Shown here piece after piece: positions 26,322 to 40,999 of a DNA stretch of 64,000 nt. Below the pieces are notes generated by a model. The model was given only the letters and a program-made list of their open reading frames with translations. It searched no databases and was not told the origin of the DNA. A program made the position numbers and the translations under genes. Numbering within the stretch: position 1 is the first letter of the stretch; each line of letters begins with the position of its first letter. Source of the DNA: Eledone cirrhosa (taxonomy: Eukaryota); contig OZ024755.1 of the NCBI GenBank assembly GCA_964016885.1, forward strand, positions 33,418,001 through 33,482,000, given 5' to 3'.

Positions 26322-26337
26322 ATATATATATATATAT

Positions 26338-26780
26338 ATCATCATCATCATCATCATCAACGTTTAACGTCCGTGTTCCACGCTTGCATGGGTTTGGACG
26401 GGGGTTTTCCCACTTGAGGCAAGAGTCATTATCTTGCTCGCATAGGACTATCTGGCGGGTTTTCTACAGCTGGATGCCCTTCCTAACACCAACCACATTT
26501 ACAGTGTGGGGCTGGGAGGTTTTTACCGCGTTGTCTACACGGCCACATTACAGTGTGGACTGTGTGTTTTTTTGACGTGACACCTACACGATCTCATTTG
26601 TTTCGGCCTGGATGTTGTGGCACCAACATAACTTTACATTGAAAGGGGCGGTGTGGATGGGGTGGGGGGGGGGGGGGGGGTGGGACGGTGGTGTATTTTG
26701 TTAGAGATGCCTACTGACTGTAGTAGGTTTTACTTTGTATTTAGGTAAAGCGGGTCTTCTCTATTACTGAGTACCGCCAA
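26338..26780 (-). mobile_element. RTE family B 3' end (last codons plus long 3'UTR)
   Basis: Encodes WRYSVIEKTR; 3'UTR as in 41000-41590 and 55211-56020. Confidence 0.85.
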
Positions 26781-27269
26781 TATATATATATATATATATT
26801 TAGCTGTTGTAGGGTTGCAGGTAAATGCGTCCGTAGATGTGGTAAGATACCAGGTGGACCATAATACACCAGAGTACTCAATACTTAGGGCAGTAGAGTG
26901 GGTAATAGGAACTGAGTTATTCTGATGATTTGATTAGGCATACATTGTATTTAAAATTGAGTGACACAACTTCAAGTGATTAGCAATTTTTAGACACCCT
27001 AATCAATGAAACAATTGTTAATACTGTAAATAAAACCCTTTTTGTACTGTTGACCATGTTATTCTTCACTCTTTCACTATTATTACTCCAAGATTAACCT
27101 GCAGAGGAATTCCCGAGAACTCACAAACTCACTACCTAAGGAAACCTCTTGTTGAGTCAAACAACGCTGTACGCTAAAACTATCCACAATACAGAGTACT
27201 ATTAACCTCTAACTGGATTACCTATAATGATAATGTGTTATCCCATATATATATATATATATATATACA

Positions 27270-27685
27270 CGTGAACGACACAGCATGAATGTGTTGAGAG
27301 AGAAACTGTGTCGGAGAGGGATAGAATGTAGTGTGCGAGAGAGGAGACTGGGGTTGTATGGACATGTGATGTGTTGAGAGAGAAACTGTGTCTGAGAGGG
27401 ATAGAATGTAGTGTGCGAGAGAGGAGACTGCGGTTGTATGGACATGTGATGCGCATGGAGGATGACCGATGGGAGAAGAAGTGCCAGGAAATGCCAGTTG
27501 AAGGAAGATGTGGTAGAGGTAGACCACGAAAAACATGGGCGGAGGTGGTGAGAACAGACCTCAGATCATTGAAGCTCACGGTGGAGATGACGAAGGAGCG
27601 TGACAAGTGGAGAGATGCTGTGCTGAATAAGACCCGTCCCACCCTTTCAAGCAGGGAAAAGCGGACGTAAAATGATGAGGATGAT
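27270..27685 (+). mobile_element. RTE family A 3' fragment with an internal duplication of about 82 bp
   Basis: ORF 27371-27670 reads RRLRLYGHVMRMEDD...GRPRKTW...NKTRPTLSSREKRT. Confidence 0.9.
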
Positions 27686-28627
27686 AATACATACATAGAA
27701 AAATGTAGGAGCACCAGATGCAGAAAATAATTGTAAACGCAGTTGATTGCTATAAATAATAGCTTAGAATAGTGGACAGAGGCCTCCATAAAGAATCAAA
27801 TTCTGTATCTCACAAATTCTGGCTAAGTGTTATAAGCATTGATCTACTAGACCACTGACAACAATTTTTTCTAAATTAGAATGTTATATCAGACACACAC
27901 ACACACTCATATACATATTCATACAGAAATATACCAACACAAACACACATACATATGTCCAACCCATGTCAGCACAGCAAATGTAATATGATGATGATGA
28001 TGATATGCATAGATATATTTGTGTGAAAAAGAAAATACATATGTATCTTCTTTTATGGAGAGTTGTCTTTTGTACATTTAAAGAGACCGCAGTGAGAACA
28101 ACAGGAAAGGAGACAGATTATTCACAGTAGCATCTGAGATTGATTCCTTCTTGGCCAAATGTCATGGCATTGTGAAGAAGCTGTGAAAAGATAAAGCTCT
28201 TAATAATGTCTACAGATTCATCAGTTGTTTTGCTGTGTTTTTAGACTTTTTACTTGATTGCTACTAACACCTGATACCTAGATTTGCTGAGAAAAGTCTA
28301 ACTGTGATTCTTACAGTTATTTAGTCTAATGCTGAGAGATTTATGACCCATTTTCATTTATCCATTATGTTCGGATTAAGAAAAAAAAAATAGCATGCCA
28401 AGTAGATTCCTGTAAGTCTTTAATCTTCAGAAGTAAACTAGAATAAAACATTATCAGTAAACTTTTCAATTCTGGAAGACCAATGCCACCATTCATTGAA
28501 CCCTTGACCCATTAGCATTTAAACCGGCCATTTATGGAACTTCCCTCAGAAGACACTCAAAGGATAAACAAAAATCTACTCTGATGGTAACAGATGAAGC
28601 CTCAATGCTCTCTCTCTCTCCATCATC

Positions 28628-29100
28628 ACCATTATCATAATCATCATCCCTTTAGCATTTACACATGCCATATCCGGCCAGAATTCTCTCATGTCTTTCT
28701 GTTAAAACTGGCCAGAATTCTCTCATTTCTTTCTGTTAAAACTGACCACAACTGACCCCTCATACTGATGTTAAGGTATTCTTCTCAAAATAAATAATAT
28801 CAAAATCTCATAGATTCGATATTATAGGCGGGAAAACCTTTACTGCAAAAATACAATAGTAAATATTGAGTAATGTAAATGCTAAAGGGTTATGGTGAAA
28901 ATCCATAATAATTGTTTCTACTTTTGGCACAAGGCCAGCAATTCCCCAGTGCATTACTGGTACTTTATTTTATCGACCCCGTAAGGATGAAAGGCAAAGT
29001 TAACCTCGGCGGGATTTGAACTCAGAATGGCAAGGGCCGTAACTCTATACGTCAAAGCATGGCGTCTGACCCTCTACCGATACTGCCAATCCACCACCCA
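28628..29100 (-). mobile_element. piggyBac-type MITE (28628-28893) followed by SINE family B (28907-29100)
   Basis: Family termini and core sequences as above. Confidence 0.8.
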
Positions 29101-29596
29101 TAATAATAAAATTAGTTTTGCGTCCACCCATCCGTTAGTCCGTTTCTAATCCAATCTACTGTTTAGACATGTGAATAGATATATGTGTTAGTATGTGAAT
29201 GTAATTTAATAATTGTTGCTTATTGTTTCTGTAGTTTACAAAAACTGACTTCCAACATAAATACAATTGAAATATGTTTTTATTTGTGAAACTTACATTT
29301 CATATGGAAGAGAAATTTCTATGTGATTATTAAATAGTAGTCTGTTGTCAATATCAGATGGTCTCTGATAAACAATTGGACAAGCTCAGGAAAGTTTGCA
29401 TGTGCACAAATGTAGACGATAACAAGAAAAACACACAGAAAAATGTGTACACATATTAGAAAATAGCAAAAGTTCACAAGATGTAAGACGACAGCATCTG
29501 ATTAAATTCAGTGAAATAAAACGTACAGTTCAGTTTTGGGTGTCAAAATAAGATAGGTTTTGTTAAAAAAAGAAATGCATGAGAGACTAATATTAC

Positions 29597-30065
29597 AAGT
29601 GGCCTTGTAGGAGACATGGTAAAAAGCACCAAGTCCAGACTGTAAAGTGGCCATGTAGGTGTCACAGTAAAAAGTACCCAGCACACACTGCAAAGTGGTC
29701 ATGTAGGTGTCACAGCAAAAAGTACCCCGTCCACACTGTAAAATGGTCATGAAAGTGTCACAGCAAAAAGCACCCAGCACACAGTGTAAAGTGGTTGTGT
29801 AGGAGACACAGCGAAAAGCACCCAGCACACACTAAAGTGGTCATGTAGGTGAACAGCAAAAAGCACCCAGCACACACTGTAAAGTGGTCATGTAGGTGAA
29901 CAGCAAAAAGCACCCAGCACACACTGTAAATGTGGCTGGTTTCAGGAAGGGCATCCTGTCATAGAAAACCAGCCAGAAGCATTTTTATATGAGCGAACCC
30001 TACCCAACTTACCTCTAATGGGACAAACCCATCTGACACATGTTAGCATGGAAAATGGACATTAA

Positions 30066-30100
<35 letters not shown>
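29597..30100 (+). repeat. RTE-B/SINE tail with an internal tandem array of about 48 bp
   Basis: GTGTCAC..CAAAAAGCACCCAG..CACACTGTAAAGTGGTC repeated about 7 times, then the tail and (TGA)n. Confidence 0.8.
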
Positions 30101-30101
<1 letters not shown>

Positions 30102-30627
30102 AGAACCTTCAAGAATAAGAATGTATTCTTGAACACATGAGTCCTTCCAACCAGAGAGTTTAAGACAAACACTTCATAGGATTTCTGCTCTGAAGATATC
30201 CTAGTCCTTACAGTTGAATCCATGGAATAATAAGAGGTAACATTCCAGATATGGAAACAATATCTAGAATCAAAAGCCCTAAAGGTAAACTTATGCACAT
30301 AACCATGCCTATGCTCAATTAGATAAGATATTGATATTTCAAGAAAGGGAGCATAATTAATTTTAAAAAGGAAGAGTATATTGTCTGAGAGACAGGATTT
30401 TCACAGCTAGAACATCTTTTAACATAAGTTTGTAAGATCAGGGATGACATGGGATTAAACAGCAAAAACAACTGTTCAAGAATGGGTCAACTGATATTAA
30501 AATATCTTCAAGTAAAATAGGTAAGTAAAAAAATATCTTTAGTAAAGTCACATGTATGATATATTGGAAGTATTCGACAGCTGCAATTCTAGTCTTATCT
30601 CTACAATTAGTCAGGATGATATGTAAG

Positions 30628-30843
30628 TTTAACACTTTAGTATTTACATTACTTTAATATAGTATTATATTTTCATGGTAAAGGCTTTATCTCACATAAT
30701 ATGGAATATATGAGATTTTGATGTTATTTATTTTGAGAAAAATACCTTAATGTCAGTATGAGTGGCTGGTTACTACCAGTTTGAACAGAAAGAGGTGAGA
30801 GAATTCTGGCTGGATATGACCGGTTTAAATGCTAAAGGGCTAA
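30628..30843 (+). mobile_element. piggyBac-type MITE
   Basis: Family termini present. Confidence 0.75.
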
Positions 30844-31019
30844 GGAAGCAGTAAGTAGTAATATGTTGTTGAGTAAGTGTTTCCATTTCAATTGGATAAC
30901 ATAGATTTCGTCTAAATCTATAAAATCATATTGCTATGTCATTAGAATATCTAAAGAAAGAATCATTGGACAGATTTTATGGGCAAAGCCAGCCAGCAGG
31001 AGACCTGAAGGTAGACCAT

Positions 31020-32390
31020 TCTTCTTCTTGTCATGTCCACAAGAGTGTCAGTTACAAAGCTTGGCTAGATGTGGTTTAAGCCACAGCTGACCACATTGTT
31101 GTCCTTGTGTCCACAAGAGTGTCAGTTACAAAGCTTGGCTAGATGTGGTTCTACCACAGCTGACCACATTGTTGTCCTTGTGTCCACAAGTGTGTCAGTT
31201 ACAAAGCTTGGCTAGATGTGGTTCTACCACAGCTGACCACATTGTTGTCCTTGTGTCCACAAGTGTGTCAGTTACAAAGCTTGGCTAGATGTGGTTCTAC
31301 CACAGCTGACCACATTGCTGTCCTTGTGTCCACAAGTGTGTCAGTTACAAAGCTTGGCTATATGTGGTTCTACCACAGCTGAACACATTGTTGTCCTTGT
31401 GTCCACAAGAGTGTCAGTTACAAAGCTTGGCTAGATGTGGTTCTACCACAGCTGAACACATTGCTGTCCTTGTGTCCACAAGAGTGTCAGTTACAAAGCT
31501 TGGCTAGATGTGGTTCTACCACAGCTGACCACATTGCTGTCCTTGTGTCCACAAGTGTGTCAGTTACAAAGCTTGGCTAGATGTGGTTCTACCACAGCTG
31601 AACATATTGCTGTCCTTGTGTCCACAAGAGTGTCAGTTACAAAGCTTGGCTAGATGTGGTTTAGCCACAGCTGAACACATTGTTGTCCTTGTGTCCACAA
31701 GAGTGTCAGTTACAAAGCTTGGCTAGATGTGGTTCTACCACAGCTGAACATATTGCTGTCCTTGTGTCCACAAGAGTGTCAGTTACAAAGCTTGGCTAGA
31801 TGTGGTTCTACCACAGCTGAACACATTGTTGTCCTTGTGTCCACAAGAGTGTCAGTTACAAAGCTTGGCTAGATGTGGTTCTACCACAGCTGAACACATT
31901 GCTGTCCTTGTGTCCACAAGAGTGTCAGTTACAAAGCTTGGCTAGATGTGGTTCTGCCACAGCTGAACACATTGCTGTCCTTGTGTCCACAAGAGTGTCA
32001 GTTACAAAGCTTGGCCAGATGTGGTTCTACCACAGCTGAACACGTTGCTGTACTTTATCATTAAACTCTGCCAAGTCTAAAGCTGTGCAGGGTGCTCCAG
32101 CAGGGGGAATGACAGGAGGCGCTGCATAGTCTGTGGTTCGATGCCACAGTCACACAACGTCCTCATCATTGAAATATTCCCATTTTGCAAGAGTGACTTT
32201 TGCACATCTAACACCAGATCTTAGTTTGTTTAGGCATTTCCACACTACATAGTTTGTATCTGCTCTGGGGTGAGGAGTGCCTTGTTCACCTTTAGCTCCA
32301 TTGTTGTTATAGATGGGAGGTTGTTAAGTTTTTCCTCTCAGTGAGTAACTCTTTCACTACTTATGCTTGATGTTCCAAGGTTCATCTTCC
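31020..32390 (-). mobile_element. Vingi/Ingi-like LINE 3' end with a 73-bp x14 tandem array (31034-32050)
   Basis: Minus strand reads WKCLNKLRSGVRCAKVTLAKWEY...CGIEPQTMQRLL (frameshifted) and ends in GACATGACAAGAAGAAGAA. Confidence 0.7.
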
Positions 32391-32654
32391 ATGATCAAGA
32401 TGGTTGGATAACATCCATCTGTTTAGTTAATTTTGTTTGGGGATCTAGCTGGAACATTAAGAGGTGGTTGCTTCTGATAAGACCGCTTGGAAGGCGTGTC
32501 TGAGGACTCAACCCCCGTGACCTTCTAAGGAATAAATGGGAAAAGAAGAAAAAGCAGCAGCAGTAGTAGCAGTAGTTCCACAAACCATTCAGTCAGTGTC
32601 CATAAATCTAGCCTTAGATAAACATTTGGGAGAAATTGAACTCTGTTTAGAAAA

Positions 32655-32855
32655 ATAATTGTTTCTACTCTTGGCACAAGGCCAGCAATTATCCCGGTGT
32701 GTTATTGGTACTTTATTTTATCAACTCCGTAAGGATGAAAGGCAAAGCTAACCTCGGAGGAATTTGAACTCAGAACGCAAAGGGCTATAACTCTAGGCTG
32801 AAAAGCATAAAAGCTTGGTGCCCGACCCCCTACTGATACTGCCAATCCACCACCC
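32655..32855 (-). mobile_element. SINE family B
   Basis: Family core present. Confidence 0.8.
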
Positions 32856-34574
32856 TTCAGTTCAGAAAAATAATGATGGTATTTTTCACCATTTACAAGA
32901 TTTCCTTTGTGTATTATATCAGTACACCAATGGAAAAATAAAAAGTGATTCTACATTATTTTGTTTATTGTTTGTTATAACTTACCTACACAAAGTTTGC
33001 TGTTCCCAGTTCTAAAACAACTCCTATTGCATAAAGAATATTTTTATAAGTTTTTCTCTCAGGCTTCATCATTTCATATTTTCTTTCAGTTTCTTTAGTA
33101 AGTTTTCATAACAGCAACAACAACAATAATAATAATAATAATAATAACAACAATAATAATAATAATAATAATAATAGTAATAATAATAAAATTTGGATTT
33201 ACAGATGAAGAAAATGTTAGAAAGCAACTGAACTGATTAAACAAGCTGCCTGAAACTGATATTTTCTGCTAAGCAGAAACATTTTCTAGCTGAATGAACA
33301 CCAAAGATCATCAGAAAATACCATATTTGTTGGCATTTCTAAGGAAAATGCATACATGCCCTTTCTGCCTGAAGACAGAAACCAAAGAAGTTTGTGCATG
33401 TCCATTGGAAAAACGATATGTTTGTTATGAGACACAGTGAATCACATACTGATTTCCCATTCCTTTGCTTTGAACAAAATCTAAAGAATTAGGATAATAA
33501 GAAGATCATGAAGGAAGAAGAAAAGAAAGGAACAAACATTTTGGGAGGTTGCTTTTCAATCAATTTCATTGTAGAAAATGGATCCTAGCCTTGCACCATT
33601 TTCTTTGTAATATAGCAAGGTCATCATAATACCCTCAGGTTACTGTCAGTGATAGCATATAAGAAATTTTCTAACAGTAAAGCATGGTCAAACTTGTGAT
33701 AATAATGGATCTATTTTGGTAGGCAGCATGTAAATATTTTCTTTACATTACTAATAGAAAATAGATTGTTTCTAAACCTTAGTAATTTGTAGTGAAGACT
33801 TACAGATACTGATTGACTTCCATGGCTGTTGAACATCATTCCTGCATACTCACACACACATATATATATATACACATATATAGATGATGATGATATATGC
33901 AGTTGGGTCACATTCCTTATGGTTTCTACATATGTATATATATATCTCAACGCACAGAGACATATGCACACATTTATAAACCATAAATAATATGGTCTAT
34001 AACATTATCAGATTTTCAATAAAACCAGTTAAGTGTTGCCATTATTTAAGGGACATCTGGCATATATTTTCTCATACTGGCGTAATTGTTAGTTGTGCTG
34101 AACTATTATCATTGTGCTGTACTTTATAACCAACCATATTTCTTGTTCTGTACCTTATAATTAACCATTAATATTACAGTACACTACTATTGATATAACA
34201 TTGTATTACTGGCTTGGTAGATTGGCAAGCTAGGTAGCGAGGCAAACAAAATGATTTGTGGTTTTGAGTTCAAATTTCATTTGAATCAAATTTGATATTA
34301 ATAAAATAAACACTGTGTCCATGAGTAAGCCATTTGCAAAGTGACGAAAGCGCTTTGATGTTTAGTAAAGAAGAGTTCCACAACAAAGGGAGATAAAGGG
34401 CAAGCCTGTATAAGTCGTATTCCTCTAAATACCCTTCTTTAAAATTTATGATGTGTATATGATAAAAATAAACAATATCATAGTATATTGTATTAGTAGG
34501 CTCACATAGTTTTTATAATGGTATCCATGTACTTTCTTATAACATATTCTAAACTTTTGTTTTCATTCCATCCC

Positions 34575-35050
34575 ATGCTGATGCATTTCTTCACCCACAT
34601 ATTCTGCAGAGGTTCATGGGGGAAGAGTACCCAAACACTCCTTCCAGAAGCAACCATCTCCAACTGATCTGACTGGATCCCCAAGCATGACCAGCCAATA
34701 GCCAAGCTCATGGATTTTATCCAACCATCTTGCTCGCGATCTACTCCTGGGTCTCCTGCTGGTTGGTTTTACCCATAAATTCTATCCAGTGGCTCTTTCC
34801 TGAGTCATTCTAACCACATGCCCATAGTATCAGAGCTCTGATCTCTCAATTTGGAGAAGTAGCAGCTCTACCTAGAGTGACTCTGATCTCCAAGCTACAA
34901 ATCTGTCCAGCGATTCTTTCCTGAGACATTCTAACCACATACCCATAGTATCAGAGCTCTGATCTCTCGGTTTGGAGAAGTAGTGGCTCTACCTGGAGTT
35001 GATCTCAGATCTCCAAGCTATGAACTCTATTAGTAATGTTACTCCAATGA
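34575..35050 (-). mobile_element. Rex3/Expander-like RTE 3' fragment with one internal duplication
   Basis: Same family as 47640-48850 (IERSELxYYGHVVRM motif). Confidence 0.7.
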
Positions 35051-35236
35051 CTGGCATTTATTTCCAATAATATTTCTGATAACATTATACTTTAATCCCT
35101 CATTTCTAATACAATCACAGAGCATTTCATCAAATCAATGACATTTGCTTTGCAATATTGCCCTTGTATTAACTTATTCATAATATAAAATGTAATTCAT
35201 TATACCAAAGCTAGTTTCTTTTAATAACATTGTGAT

Positions 35237-35730
35237 GGTGTCATGACAAAAAGCACCCAGTCCACACTGTAAAGTGTTTATGTAAGTGTCACGACAAAAA
35301 GCACCCAGTCCACACTGTAAAGTGGTCATGTAGGTGTCACGACAAAAAGCACCCAGTCCACACTGTAAAGTGGTTGTGTAGGTGTCACGACAAAAAGCAC
35401 CCAGTCCACACTGTAAAGTGGTTGTGTAGGTGTCACGACAAAAAGCACCCAGTCCACACTGTAAAGTGGTTGTGTAGGTGTCACAACAAAAAGCACCCAG
35501 TCCACACTGTAAAGTGATCATGTAAGTGTCACCGTAAAATGGCACCCGGTACACACTGTAAATGAGGTTGGTGTTAGGAGGTGCATCCAGCTGTAGAAGT
35601 GAAGCCAAAATCAGTTCTGTATGAGCAAGACATGGTCACCTGACTTAGCATTGCCCACAATAGGACAACACGTGTAACCCATGCTATCATGGAAGAATGG
35701 ACATAAAACGATGATGATGATGATGATGAT
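35237..35730 (+). repeat. SINE tail with a 48-bp x6 tandem array
   Basis: Unit GGTGTCACGACAAAAAGCACCCAGTCCACACTGTAAAGTGGTTGTGTA. Confidence 0.85.
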
Positions 35731-36121
35731 GGTAATGTCATTTCATGACAGGAACAGCTTCTTTGTATTGGAAGCTTAGAAAAATCAAATCAGTGGCTCT
35801 CTCAACAAAAATTGATTATCACTGTGACAATAAAGAGATATGAATTAGCTGAGATATTGACTTAAAAAGACACTATCATCGAACGGCTTCTAAACACTAT
35901 ACTACAGAACCAGTTTTCATATTGATAATGCTGTAATCTCAGTTAATATCCTTCATTGATTCTTATATCTAAAATCAATGAATATATATTTTATTAAGTA
36001 CATCACATTTTAATGTGATTCGAGAAACTGAGATACTTACCTGCTAGGTATGACTTCATATTTCCTTTCAGATCCCATTAAAACAATTTCTTAAAATAGT
36101 TGCCTATTTCACTGATTTGAT

Positions 36122-37049
36122 ATTTAATCCTTTAGTATTTACAATACTCTATATATATACTACATAAGGCAGAGGATTGGTAGAGCATCAGACGCCATGC
36201 TTTGCAGCATAGAGTCTTGGCTCTTTACATTCTGAGTTCAAATCCCGCTGAGGTTAACTTTGCCTTTCATCCTTATGGGGTCGATAAAATAATTACTGGA
36301 GTAATTGGTGGCCTTGTGCCAAAAGTAGAAACAATTACTCTATATATACTATTGTATTTTCATGGTAAAGGCTTTATCTCACATAATATCTCACATAACA
36401 TTTACATTACTCTATATATACTATTGTATTTTCACAGTAAAGGCTTTACCTCACATAATTATCTCACATAACATTCACATTACTCTATATATACTATTGT
36501 ATTTTCATGGTAAAGGCTTTACCTCACATAACATTCACATTACTCTATATTTACTATTGTATTTTCATGGTAAAGGCTTAACCTCACATAATTATCTCAC
36601 ATAACATTCACATTACTCTATATATACTATTGTATTTTCATGGTAAAGGCTTAACCTCACATAATTATCTCACATAACATTCACATTACTCTATATATAC
36701 TATTGTATTTTCATGGTAAAGGCTTTACCTCACATAACATTCACATTACTCTATATTTACTATTGTATTTTCATGGTAAAGGCTTAACCTCACATAATTA
36801 TCTCACATAACATTCACATTACTCTATATATACTATTGTATTTTCATGGTAAAGGCTTAACCTCACATAATTATCTCACATAATATTGAATCGATGAGAT
36901 TTTGATATTATTTATTTTGAGAACACTACCTTAACGTCAGTATGAGTGGTCGGTTATGGCTGGTTTGAATAGAGAGAGGTGAGAGAATTCTGGCCAGATA
37001 CAGCTGGTTTATGGCCGGATACAGCTGGTTTAAAATGCTAAAGTGTTAA
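36122..37049 (+). mobile_element. piggyBac-type MITE with an inserted SINE B (36168-36336) and a 60/72-73-bp tandem array
   Basis: Family termini; repeated ATTACTCTATATATACTATTGTATTTTCATGGTAAAGGCTT. Confidence 0.8.
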
Positions 37050-37675
37050 ATCATCTTAGTTTTCAAGAGGTTACATCCATAAATTGCAATAGCATTGGTG
37101 TCAACGTTGTCATTATTTTACATCCACCTTTGATTGCTGGCATGATGAGTTTTATGTATCTTCATGATCTAAATAGGGTTTTATTCCGAGTTACAACTTC
37201 TCTAAATAGATTAGAACCTATAACTTGCTCATACATTCAATTCTTGACATAGTTTCTATAGCTGGATGTCCTTTCTAACATCTGTGTTCATTTGTTTGGC
37301 TAATGTATGCTCTGTATTTTATTTTGGCACCAGCACTAATAAGTTTGGCTTATACCTGTATGGGTAAAGAGTCTTGACAAAGTCTCCTTTCTTTGTTAGC
37401 TTACTCATGATACCACTACGCCTCTTGAGCACACATAATTTAATATTCTACTATAGCCATCGTTAAGTTTCCTTTGTGACGTCCTGATTGTAGCTTTTGC
37501 CTTCATGTCTCAAATTAATCCTCTACATTTACAACAGGTCCAGCTATAAGAACTAGATCATCACACATACATATATATACATATATATAAACACACAAAC
37601 CCAGGCTAGCGTGGAAGATAGACGTTAAACGATGATGATGTGTATATATATATATACACAAACATATATATATAT

Positions 37676-37712
<37 letters not shown>

Positions 37713-37764
37713 CATATATGATAAAGAACACAAGAGCGTCTACAACATCAAAAATTTTTTCTTG

Positions 37765-37809
37765 GCTTACAATGTTTCTTCCTTACGTAACCGTAGGATT
37801 CTTCAGAGC
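37765..37809 (-). ncRNA. Hammerhead ribozyme motif
   Basis: Reverse-complement copy of 38162-38206. Confidence 0.7.
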
Positions 37810-38161
37810 TATAAAAGGGGTTTGATTGGTGTTATGGACTCTACCAACGAAACATTCAAGAACAAAGAGTAAAGAGAGTAAAGAGCAAAAGCAGGGGACG
37901 ATAAGTCTAATTTTGGTGCGGGAGGGTGGGGTGTGGGTCCTTGTTTACTAGCTGTAGTCATATTCATTCCCGGGAGTCGAGTGGTTAGTGGAGCCATAGA
38001 TGGAATCAATATGACCACAGCTAGTAAACAAGGACCCACACACACCCTCCCGCACCAAAATTAGACTTATCGTCCCCTGCTTTTGCTCTTTACTCTCTTT
38101 ACTCTTTGTTCTTGAATGTTTGGTTGGTAGAGTCCATAACACCAATCAAACCCCTTTTATA

Positions 38162-38206
38162 GCTCTGAAGAATCCTACGGTTACGTAAGGAAGAAACATT
38201 GTAAGC
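38162..38206 (+). ncRNA. Hammerhead ribozyme motif (minimal type I)
   Basis: GCT-CTGAAGA-a TCCT ACG gtta CGT a AGGA a-GAAA-C(ATT)G-TA-AGC. Confidence 0.75.
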
Positions 38207-39243
38207 CAATAAAAATGTTTTGATGTTGTAGACGCTCTTGTGTTCTTTATCATATATACGGCTCTGCTCCAAAGCATAGAGCTAATTATTATGCTGCCAA
38301 TACCTTAATGGGACACGGGTATACAATACCTAACTCCTATTAACCTAAGTATATAAATACATATATAAAAATGTACATATATACATACATAGTGTGTGTG
38401 TGTGTGTATACAGGAGTTCTCATGAACAGCCAGTCTTAAACTCCTCTCTTAAGAACTTTCATTGATAGAAAAGAGGTGAGGATAGAACTCTGATGAACCT
38501 CCATCTGCATTTTAGTACTCATTGCAATCTCATACCTTTCCTATATACCTTCGTTCAGAACATATACAACATTCAGAACCTTAGAACTAATATTTTTATA
38601 TTTTGGAATCATTTTTATCAGTGAAGGGAGATATGTAAATGATCCATCACAAGTGTTTAATTTCTAAACTCAAGTACATGAATCTTTAACAAATTTAATT
38701 TCAAAAGTATTTCTTCTGATTTCTGATATCTTGAACTTGAACATGGCTATATTAATAAGCCAGAGTTCTTCAAATATTTTCCATAATTATACAACATCTA
38801 AGACGGATATTTTAAGGGTATATTCTAAATTTATATTTTATTGTGATATTTTAGGATCACAATTTGTTGCCAAGCCACATCTGTTCTACTATATTTCATA
38901 TCTAAAGTTTGCAGAATTGATTACAAAAAGAAAAAAAAAATTGCTTCAGATTTATAAACACACACACGCACACACACACACACACACATACATGTGTGAA
39001 TGTGTGCTTATACATACAAAACTTAAAGTGAAAATATTTATTTGCTAAAATTCAAGTTTTTCCCCTACACAAAAATGGTCTGATTCTTGAAAGAAACAAT
39101 ATTTTTCATGTGGGACTGAAAGAAAATAAATAGGATAGCTATATAAATCTAAGAATCTCATAATTTATTGATAGCTATTTGAATAAATATTTAAGCTGAA
39201 AATTTGATTAAATTTCAACAATACATATATGCATGAGTGTGTG

Positions 39244-39302
<59 letters not shown>

Positions 39303-39450
39303 ATATGTACACACACACACATACATACATACATATACATACATATATATGTATATATATATATACACACACACATACATATATATACATATATATAAAT
39401 ACACAAACACATGCTAGCGTGGAAAATAGACGTTAAACGATGATGATGAT

Positions 39451-39482
<32 letters not shown>

Positions 39483-39602
39483 CACAAACATATATATATA
39501 TATATATATACATATATATATAAATACATATATACAAATATAGATATGCACATACATATATACATACATATAAATATATATGTATGTATGCATATGTGTG
39601 TG

Positions 39603-39634
<32 letters not shown>

Positions 39635-39849
39635 TATATATATATATATCCTCAGTATATTTATATCTAATTTTCCATACTGGCATAGTTTGGATGAGAT
39701 ATTTATAATGTTTCTATAGCCAGCTATTCTTTTTGTTGTCAAACCATACTTTATTTCATAAGTATGGTATATGCCACTCATTTTTCATCCACCACTATAT
39801 GCTAGGATGTATTTGTTTATGCATGACATAAACAAACCTCACAACTGCT

Positions 39850-40629
39850 TTAACCTCTTAGGATTTAAACCTGCCTTATCTGCCCAGAATTCTCTCACCT
39901 CCTTCTGTTGAAACTGGCCATAACAGGCCGCTCATACTGACGTTAAGGCATTTTTCTCAAAATATATAACATCAAAATGTCATGGACTCAATATTATGTG
40001 AGGTAAAGCCTTTACCACAAAAATACAATAATAAATATAGAGTAATGTAAATGTTATGTGAGATATTATGTGAGGTAAAGCCTTTACTGTGAAAATACAA
40101 TAGTATATATAGAGTCATGTAAATGTTATGTGAGGTAAAGCTTTTACTGTGAAAATACAATAGTATATATAGAGTAATGTAAATGTTATGTGAGATATTA
40201 TGTGAGGTAAAGCCTTTACCACAAAAATACAATAATAAATATAGAGTAATGTAAATGTTATGTGAGATATTATGTGAGGTAAAGCCTTTACTGTGAAAAT
40301 ACAATGGTATATATAGAGTAATGTAAATGTTATGTGAGATATTATGTGAGGTAAAGCCTTTACTGTGAAAATACAATAGTATATATAGAGTAATGTAAAT
40401 GTTATGTGAGATATTATGTGAGGTAAAGCCTTTACTGTGAAAATACAATAGTATATATAGAGTAATGTAAATGTTATGTGAGATATTATGTGAGGTAAAG
40501 CCTTTACTGTGAAAATACAATAGTATATATAGAGTAATGTAAATGTTATGTGAGATATTATGTGAGGTAAAGCCTTTACTGTGAAAATACAATAGTATAT
40601 ATAGAGTAATGTAAATGCTAAAGGGTTAA
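39850..40629 (-). mobile_element. piggyBac-type MITE with a 72-bp tandem array of about 9 units
   Basis: TGTGAGGTAAAG recurs with period 72 (40201 to 40561 = 5 units); family termini present. Confidence 0.85.
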
Positions 40630-40999
40630 ATATCATTAATATAAAGATACATGTGATAAATTGCTTCACATATATAGTCATCATCATCATCATCGTTATC
40701 ATCTAATGTTCGTTTTCTCTTCTAGCAAGGGTTGGACGGATCATATCATTGCTAAATCTGAGCTACTGACCTCCATCTCACATTCCTATACTTTACCAGG
40801 TGTTTAGGTGGGCTGGGGTCCTGCATTTCACTTTCAATGCACTCCCATGCTTGACCATGACGACCATGACACCCACACTGGGAGGCTGTCAAATGCATGT
40901 CAGCATGGAAAGTGGATGTAAAGTCATGATGATGGGAATCTGTGTGTGTGTATACAACATATATATATACATATATATGCACTCACACATACATATATA

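Larger units (their letters stand above)
37715..38350. mobile_element. Palindromic Penelope-like non-autonomous element
   Basis: Near-perfect inverted arms of about 255 bp (37715-37970 and 38002-38257), 31-nt spacer, one-sided extension, (TA)n flanks, and an HHR in each arm. Confidence 0.8.
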
